DNA of 64,000 nt from Eledone cirrhosa. Its lineage: Eukaryota. The stretch is from positions 248,001 to 312,000 of the forward strand of contig CAXHJY010000343.1 of assembly GCA_964016885.1 (NCBI GenBank), in the 5' to 3' direction. Both the position numbers and the translations under genes were made by a program. Shown in pieces: positions 55,486-64,000 of this stretch (the first letter of the stretch is position 1; each line of letters begins with the position of its first letter). The notes under the pieces are model-generated. The model ran no database searches and was not told where the DNA came from. It saw only the letters and a program-made list of their open reading frames with translations.

Positions 55486-55500
55486 ACATATATATATATA

Positions 55501-56765
55501 TGTCTAAGACTAAAGTCCTAGTTTGTAGAAAGGAAAATAGGGCACAGGTACCCCCAGGGAAATGGCCATGCTCAGTGTGTAGGAAAGGAGTAGGCAGAAA
55601 TTCCATTTTATGTCCCAAATGCAATGTATGGGTACATAAAAGATGTAGTGGGATCACAGGTAAACTATCTAAGAACGTAGACTTTATATGTGGCCGATGC
55701 TCAGGTGCAATAAGTAGCAAGTGTCCACAGGATACTAGCTCCTTTTATTGCCCAGATGGTTCTATAGAAATAGTAGACACTTTCCGTTACCTGGGTGACG
55801 AAATCAGCAGTGGTGGAGGGTGCTCTGAAAGTACAATAGCCAGAGTCAGAACGGGATGGAAAGAGTTCAGAGAGCTTATACCACTATTGGCCGCTAAAGG
55901 TTTCTCTCTAAAAATGAAAGGCATATTGTATGATGCTTGTATATGACCAGCAATGCTACATGGCAGTGAGACACGGGCATTGTGTGAAGAGGACCTGCGT
56001 AGACTGGAAAGGGACGAAGCATGCATGCTCCGTTGGATGTGTAATAGTAATATACGTGAACGGCAAAGCATAAATGAACTAAGTCAGAAATAAGGAAAAA
56101 GAGGGATCAGATGTGTTTACTCGAGAGAAGACTACGTTGGTATGACCACGTGATGCGCATGCAAGACGACAGCTGCATAAAAAAGTGCAGGGCGATCAAA
56201 ATTGATGGTAGTTACGGAGTAGGTAGACCCAGAAAAACCTGGGACGATCTGATAAATTCCGACCTCACACACTTGCACCTCTCTAAGACAATGTCACTGG
56301 ACCGAGATCCTTGACGCTACGCAGTAATACAGAAGACCCGCCTTCCCTATGTACACAGTGAAACCTACAGTCAGTAGGCACCTCTTAACCAAATATACAC
56401 CCCAATCCACTACCCCTACCCTATCCTCCCACTACCACCAACACCACCCTCTCTCTATAAAGTTGGTACCACAACATCCAGTCCAAATAAATGAGATAAT
56501 GAGATCGAGATCGTGTAGGTATCCTAAAAAAAACACACAGTCCACGCTGTAATGTGGTTATGTAGGTAACACGGTAAAAAGTTCCCAGTTCCACACTGTA
56601 AATGTGGTTAGTCTTAGGAAGGGCATCCAGCCGTAGAAAACCTGCCAGATAGTCCTATATGAGCGAGACACGGTCACCCGACCAACCTTGCCTCAAGTGG
56701 GACAACTCCCGTCTAATCCATGCTAGCGTGGAAAATGGATGTTAAACGAAGATGATGATGATGAT
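55501..56765 (+). mobile_element. RTE 3' half
   Basis: SKTKVLV, PHD-like cluster, FRYLG, RRLRWY, 3' UTR and (GAT)n tail. Confidence 0.9.
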
Positions 56766-56844
56766 ACATACACATATATATATATATATATATACATATA
56801 TATACATATATATATACATATACATTTGTATATATATACATATA

Positions 56845-57642
56845 TACATGGCTTGTATAGCTCTCATAAGCGTTTCATCTACACCTAGTTTTCTAAGAGC
56901 CCACCAGATAATGGAGCGGAGGTCTCTGTCAAAGGCTTTCTCCAGGTCTACAAAAGCTAAGTAGAGGGGTTTACTTTTAGCTAGGTACTTCTCCTGTAGT
57001 TGCCGTACAAGGAAAAGAGTGTCTGTGGTACTTTTACCCGACACAAACTCAAACTGCATTTCATCTAGATCAATTCGCTCTCTGAAACCTTGATGACCTG
57101 GTCAACTAACTTAATGCCTCTATAGGTTCCCCTATCTAGAGCATCCCCTTTACAGTTAATGACTGCTACACCAGTCCTTTGGTATGACTCCATTCTGTAT
57201 TACTTGGTTTACTATCTGGGTGACCATAGTGTGTCCCACCATACCAGATGCCTTCAACATCTCAGCAACTATCTCCGAAGGCCCAGCTGCCTTGCCTGTC
57301 TTCATATCTTTGATTGCCTTACTTACTATACTACCTTTAACTTGCACCGCTGGTCCTTCTATTGGATCGATTTGGGGCAGACTATCTTTTACCCAGTTAT
57401 TCTCCTCATTTAGTAGCCTCTCGTAGTGACACTTCCAAGCTATCTTCTTATCAGTATCAGTGAGGCTAAGTACACCATCATCATTACAGACTCACTTCTC
57501 CCCGACAATATCACGATTTTCCTTGACACATTGCCTAGCAATCCTGAGCACCTCACGTTTTTGGTCCTCTTGTTGTAGAAAATGCTTGATCTTTCTATCC
57601 TCTGCTTCCCCCTTTGCAAGGTACACTTGTCTCCTAGCTTCT
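56845..57642 (-). mobile_element. RTE middle fragment
   Basis: MKTGKAAGPS, VDLEKAFD, WWALRKLGV. Confidence 0.88.
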
Positions 57643-57729
57643 CTCCATAAAAGAACTAGAGAACAAGTGACCCTCTGCATATGTAGGAAAGGAGTAGGCA
57701 TAAACTGTACACAATGATAGCTTCTTGCT

Positions 57730-58120
57730 ATCTAGGTGGAGAGAAATGGAGCAACCATGCTTCGTTGGATGTGCAACGTAAATGTGAGAGGAAGGCACAG
57801 CTTGGATAAATTGAGGAAGAATTTGGACTTCAGAGGAAACCTAAGTGGTGTGCAAGAAAGAAGAATGCTTTTGTAGGGATATGTGATATCCATGGATGGT
57901 GATCACTGGTTAAAGAAGTGCCAGGTAATATCAAAGGAGGGAAACGATAGTAGAGGTAGACCAAGGAAGACCAGGATAGATGTGGTGAGAGCTGATCTCA
58001 AATTGCTGAGACTCAAAGAGGAGATAACGAAGGAACAAGCGAGTGGGGAGATGTTGTGCTTAAAAGAGCCCATCCAACCCATGCCAGGAGTGAAAAACGG
58101 GCGTAAAATTATGATGATGT
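57730..58120 (+). mobile_element. Degenerate RTE 3' fragment
   Basis: MLRWMC, RGRPRKT, tail. Confidence 0.7.
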
Positions 58121-58180
58121 AGATCAAGTAAATTATATCAAAATAGATTTAGACTAAAACGAACAAAACTTCCCTGAAAA

Positions 58181-58500
58181 AACAACAAGGTACAGCTAAA
58201 TATAAACTATATTATATAATGTAAGGTAGTGAACCACATAATTAAATAGACGGAGGTAATTTAAATGATAAATATATCTTTAATTTACTTAAAGCAACAA
58301 CAAGGTACAGTTAAATATAAACTATATTTTATAATGTAAGGTAGTGAACCACATAATTAAATAGACAGAGGTAATTTAGATAATAAATATATCTTTAATT
58401 TACTTAAAGCAATAACAAGGTACAGCTAAATATAAACTATATTTTATAATGTAAGGTAGTGAACCACATAATTAAATAGACGGAGGTATTTAAATAATAA
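58181..58500. repeat. 115-bp tandem repeat, about 2.8 copies
   Basis: AACAACAAGGTACAGCTAAATATAAAC... at 58181, 58296, 58411. Confidence 0.88.
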
Positions 58501-58638
58501 AGACAGTCATGATAACAATATATTTTATATCACATGTAACAGTGGAATCTGGTTAATTACTGGATCGTTGTAGGGGTCACATAATTATATTATTTACACA
58601 CATTAATATAGACATTAAGTAAATCTTTGTCAACTTAC

Positions 58639-58837
58639 CTCCTTCACATATAATCAATGTGTTGTGTTGTTAGTTGTTACTAGACAACCAAAGAAATAAT
58701 CTCTTTGTTATCAAATTAGAAGTTTCAATGTCATCAGCTTTATTTCACGACATTAACGTTGGTGTATCTTCTTCATCTTTAGTCATAAATTGATATCTTG
58801 TCAGAATGAAGTAGTGAGGCTGACTTTATGTCTTTAG
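58639..58837 (-). other. Candidate non-coding exon 2 upstream of the disrupted ZNF at 52.1 kb
   Basis: Same acceptor and donor as the paralogs. Confidence 0.5.
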
Positions 58838-59336
58838 CTACAGATTTGATAGGAAATATATATATATTAGGTTGATATCTGGTCTAAAATATATATATTG
58901 TCTATAAATGACTGATAGCAGATGTTCTGATGAAATAGTAGTTTTACTACTACAGATTGTAATGGAACTCTTAGTAGACACAATTGTAAAGTAAGAATAG
59001 ATATGACAGTGTAAGATATGACAGTGTAAGACTGATGTCCGGGAGAAAAAACTGTGTATATATATATATATAATTGTTACACAAGATATAATTAGATTGA
59101 GAAGGCAACAGGTACTCGATGTCGTTGGAAATGATTTAACTCCCTTACCGGTGTCATTAATTAAAAGTCCCTGATATAATTTAATACATTCAGACAGTTC
59201 CAATCGTATTTAACCGATAGTAAATGAAAAGGTATCACTCAGTAAAATATCAATTATATATCAATGTAGTGTCTCTGACTGCTAGAAATAGCAGTGAAAT
59301 TATCCATTACAGACTTTTCTTTCTTTAAACTCTTAC

Positions 59337-59400
59337 GTTTAGTAGATGTTTGTGTTGAGAATGTGTGTATTTGTGTATTGTATGACGGAAGTCACCATTG
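59337..59400 (-). promoter_or_regulatory. Candidate first exon/TSS with ETS-like ACTTCCG
   Basis: Identical to 29847-29910. Confidence 0.4.
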
Positions 59401-59936
59401 AAGATGTTAAAAGCAATGTTGTGGAAAATAGCATAGTACGACTTTATAATTGTTTATATATAATTTATTTACAGATTAGAAAGGTTAGAAGAATGTCTCT
59501 TGAGAGGATAGTTAATGTTATCAATAAAAAGGTTATAAAGATTTAAAGACATACGGTCAAATGGCTGAGGCGTTAGCCAGACCTGTAGTGATATCTGTTG
59601 CTACATATTGTCTATGCTTGAGGAAGGAAAGCAAGAGATGTTTACCTTCACGGTGTCGAGCTGCAAGAGAGAGAGTTTCGAATCTCCGCGGGAATTTTTC
59701 CTTCTGGGCGGAGGTCGAGATACATTTTCCTTCACTGGTAGTGATTGGTTGAACTGAGCCAAACAATGCACAGAGAATGTATCCATGAGCCCTCGGTATG
59801 TAAGTCACTACAATACCCTCCATTTAGTCTGCAAGATGATATATAAGATTGAATCAGCAGAAAAAAGGATTAAAGAGAGGACATCAATGAATATATATGT
59901 ATATATATATGTATGTATATATGATATATATATGTA

Positions 59937-60894
59937 CAGGTGTGGACGATATTTGGTCGCAATTTTCAACTACTAATTTTATGCAAACTTCTTTTACTTC
60001 CGTTGTCACTCTTGTCCTCATAAAAACAGTGACTATATTTCCATAATTTATTTTCAGAATAATTGATTATGAATAATTTTGAACCTCCAAATTTGTGGAA
60101 GAGACACGGAGTTCTTCTTGGAATCCGCGCCGGGAGGGCAAATAAGACCAGAAGATCAACTCCCAGAACAACAGGTGGCTCGCTGTCTCATCCAAAGACG
60201 TGCCCAGAGTCATGCAGATAAAGTTTCGACCGACAACATTGGTCTTAGGTGTCGTCAGCAGTCAAGGTGACGTAATGCCACATGACTGCTTCCCTGAGGG
60301 TCTCAAGCTGAACACCGATGGCTACATTCGCGTTCTGAGCGAGGTAGTAAAGCCCTGGATCAACCAGGTAGGGCATACGTGGAAATGATTTAACTCCCTT
60401 ACCGGTGTCATTAGTTAAAAGTCCCTGATATAATTTAATACATTCAGACAGTTCCATAGTTTTCATACGTGTGGCTGCAAGACTCAGCGCCCTGCCATAC
60501 CAGCCAAAAGGTCCAAGCCTGGCTGTCAGAGAACTTCATCGACCTCACCTCCCCTGACATCTGCCCTCCCAGCTTACCTGACTGCAATCCTTTCGACTTC
60601 TTTGTGTGACGCACAGTGGGATGAGACACCAACAGATCCAGCTGCAATACGAAAGACGATCTGAAGGCCAGGATCACAAGTGCCTTTAGGGGCCTAAGTT
60701 AGGGGACAGTGACGAAGGCCTTTAGCCGGTTTCGAGGCTGTCATCAAAGCCAATGGCAGGGTTATCGAGTGAGATTGAAAGAACAAGTCATGAAGACAAA
60801 CTGACCCAAGTTTGATAAATAAATCTTAAAAAACAAAACTATTGTTATTTTTTCCTAGACAGTAATCTTGCGAATAATTATCGTCCGCACCCTG
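59937..60894 (+). mobile_element. Internally deleted DD37D transposon (duplicate of 33202-34061) with a templated insertion
   Basis: TA-CAGGGTGTGGACGATA ... TATCGTCCGCACCCTG-TA. Confidence 0.88.
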
Positions 60895-60985
60895 TATATA
60901 TACATATATAATATATGATATATAATATATATATACTTTGTTCATACTGCCTCTCTGTTTTGTTCCCGTTCAATTTTTCACTATA

Positions 60986-61016
<31 letters not shown>

Positions 61017-61027
61017 GTGTGTATATA

Positions 61028-62230
61028 TAAAAAGGGGATGCTCTGGAGAGGAACAATTATAGGGGTATGAAACTGATGGATCGGGTTATGAAGTGGCAGA
61101 AAGGATATTAACACAACTAATTAGAGAAAGGGTCAAACTAGATGAAATGCAGTTTGGTTTTGTGCCTGGGAAGAGAACAACAGATGCCCTCTTCTTGGTG
61201 AGACAATTGCAAGAGAGGTTCTTAGAGAAGAATAAGTCACTATACTTAGCCTTTGTTGACCTAGAGAAGGCCTTTTGATAGGGTGCCCCGATCTGACATC
61301 TGATGGTCCCTAAGGAAACTAGGTGTTGAGGAATGGCTTGTAAGGACAGTGCAAACTATGTACATGGTGCTGTCAGTAAAGTCAGGGTAGGAATGGAGTT
61401 TAGTGAGGAATTCCAGATATAAGTAGGAGTACATCAAGGTTCGGTCCTCAGCCTGCTCTTGTTCATTATAGTCCTCCAAGCCATAACAGAGGAGTTTAAG
61501 ACTGGCTGTCCATGGGAACTTCTCTATGCTGACGATCTGGTTCTTATAGCAGAATCAGTAGAGGAGCTAGAGAATAAATTCTGGCTATGGAAACAGCAGT
61601 TGGAAGCAAGAGGACTGAGGGTGAACCTAGCTAATACAAAAGTGTTGATGAGTAGAAAAGAGGACAAAACCCTCATTCCGTCAGGGAAATGGCCATGTTC
61701 GATATGCAGAAAAGGAACTGGCATAAATTCTATAAAATGCGCACAATGCAGATCCTGGGTACACAAGAGATGTAGCAGGATAGCAGGCAAACTAACAGGT
61801 AGGGAGAAATATGTATGCAGTAGATGTACAGGGAAATTAGACAGTAGAAGTCGCAGTGATAGACACCTTTTTCAAATGTAGGAGGGTGCTATAGAAGTGG
61901 TGGATAGCTTCCGGTACCTATGAGATCAGATTAGCATGGGATGAGGGTGTTCCGAGGCCATAGTGTCGAGAATAAGGACGGGTTGGAAGAAGTTTAGGGA
62001 GCTGCTTCCTCTGCTGACGAAGAAGGGTTTCTCCCTGCGTACGAAAGGCTGGTTGTATGATGCCTGTGTGAGGAGCGCGATGCTCCATGGTAGTGAGACA
62101 TGGGCAGCAACTACAGAGGAATTACCTACAGAAGACTGTGACAAGTGGAGAGATGCTGTGCTGAATAGGACCCCACCCCCCCTTGCAAGCAGAGAAAAGT
62201 GCACGTAAAATGATGATAATGATGATGATG
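61028..62230 (+). mobile_element. RTE RT to 3' end (duplicate of 34122-35532)
   Basis: Same 5' truncation point TATATAAAAAGGGGATG; YADDL; tail. Confidence 0.9.
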
Positions 62231-62394
62231 AACATAAGCATAACAAAAGTCTATAAAAGCTAGTGCATGGATCAAATATAAATTTAAGAATGTAAAAATA
62301 CATCTTCAAAGTATATTTTTAATATATTTATAATAAAAAGTTCAACTACATCTTTCAGTCTTAAGTATATAGATAATCTGTTATACTTCAAATG

Positions 62395-62565
62395 TAATAA
62401 TTGTTTCTAATTTTGGCACAAGGCCAGCAATTACCCCAGTACATTACTGGTACTTTATTTTATCAAAGGCAAATTATCCTCGGCAGGATTTCAAATCAGA
62501 GCGTAAAGGGCCGTAACTCTGTGCTTCAAAGCATGGTGTCCGACCCTCTACCAATCCACTGCCCT
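62395..62565 (-). mobile_element. SINE of the 10566-10752 family
   Basis: Colinear homology. Confidence 0.7.
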
Positions 62566-62965
62566 AGTCAAGGTGTAATAATAACAATAATAAATATTAG
62601 GGCTAATGATTATACTAGAGAATTATTTTTAAAATTATTAATAATAATTTTACAATAATATATTAGCAAATACAATAAAATAATTAATCAATGTAGAGTA
62701 AAAAGCTGAATATTATTAAAATTTATAAAAAAATTAATACAAAAAATGTTATTAATAAATTATATTTCACCTCTGTATTATATTTGTTGTTTTACATTGA
62801 GCTATTGTCATACTTGTAATTGGATAATATTTAATATTACCCACATTATATATATGTATATATCCAGGGAGTGTAACACGGAGTTACTGTAGGTTCACCT
62901 GGGTGAGCACTCCATCTTTAGGTTCACGTCTGTAGTGAAGTGTAGAGCTAGACAGAGTGTAATAG

Positions 62966-63151
62966 AATAATACAAGGACAAAAGGTTAAACCTTCATTAC
63001 TTTTATTGGTTGGTGACACATGTTTCGTTATTGATCAGCTCAAGGTTTGATCTGTATTGATACAGATCAAACCTTGAGCTGATCAATAGTGAAACATGTG
63101 TCACCAACCAATAAATGTAATGAAGCAGTAACCATTCGTCCTTGTATTATT
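62966..63151. repeat. 186-bp hairpin with a 2-nt loop
   Basis: 29-bp perfect core stem centred on 63058-63059, outer arms imperfect. Confidence 0.88.
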
Positions 63152-63177
63152 ATGTATGTATATATATTAACACAATT

Positions 63178-64000
63178 CATCATCATCGTTTAACGTCCAT
63201 CTTCCACGCTAGCATGGGTTAGATGGGAAATGATCGGGTGACCGTGTCTCGCTCGTATAGGACTGTATCTGGCAGGTTTTCTACAGCTGGATGCCCTTCC
63301 TAACACCAACCACATTTCCAGTGTGGACTGGGACCCTTTTCGTGATGACACCTACACGACCTCTTTAGTTTGGACTGGATGTTGTAGTACCAACATAACT
63401 TTACAGAGACAGGGTGGTGTTGGTGTGAGGGGGAGGATGGAGTAGGGTGTGTGGGTTGGGTGTATATTTGGTTAGGAGGGGCCTACTGACTGCAGGTTAA
63501 CTTTACACATAGGGAAGGCAGGTCTTATCTGTTACTGTGTGGCACCATAGATCTCGATCCAGTGACATTGTCTAAGAGAGGTGTAAGTGTGCAAGGTTGG
63601 ATTTTATGTCGTCCCAGGTTTTTCTGGGTCTACCTACTCCATAACTTCCATCAATTTTGATCACCCTGCACATTTTTATAAAGCTGTCATCTTTCATGCG
63701 CATCACATGACCATACCAACGTAATCTTCACTCAAGTAAACAGCATCTGATCCCTCTTATTCCTAATTCTCACTTAGTTCCTTTATGTTTTGCCCTTCAT
63801 GTATCTTACAATTACACATCCAACAGATCATACATGCCTCATTCCTTTCCAATCTGTGCAGGTCCTCTGCACACAATGCCCATGTCTCACTGCCATGTAA
63901 CATTGCTGTTTGTATACAGGCATCATACAACCTGCCTTTCATTTTTAGAGAGAAACTATTTGTGTCTAGCAGCGGTATAAGCTCTCTGAACTTTCTCCAT
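63178..64000 (-). mobile_element. RTE 3' end running out of the window
   Basis: MLHGSETW, RLRWYGHVMRM, 3' UTR and (GAT)n tail. Confidence 0.88.

Overview
AT-rich eukaryotic DNA, almost certainly a coleoid cephalopod and most likely Octopus. This is inferred from single-coding-exon C2H2 zinc-finger (ZNF) genes with [16 protein letters not shown] fingers, tRNA-derived CORE-type SINEs, RTE LINEs with (GAT)n tails and dense (TA)n/(CA)n. The window is part of a tandem ZNF cluster. It holds one intact 8-finger gene (13517-14287, -), a 22-finger array with one nonsense codon and one frameshift (39062-41006, -), and a disrupted minus-strand gene (49972-52100) that contains a whole ZNF copy in the opposite orientation (50274-51955). 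Candidate non-coding leader exons recur four times. The rest is mosaic segmental duplication carrying RTE fragments, DD37D (maT) and mariner transposons, SINEs, foldback palindromes and minisatellites. The strongest novelty candidates are: a nested antisense ZNF arrangement predicted to give a ZNF-derived long hairpin RNA; a non-coding 80-bp satellite derived from the 84-bp finger unit; a foldback element whose loop is flipped relative to its arms; a Helitron-like insertion placing a 182-bp stem just after the ZNF stop codon; and a BovB-like LINE ending in three zinc fingers. All functional claims are untested inferences, repeat boundaries are approximate, and isolated stops or frameshifts could be assembly errors.
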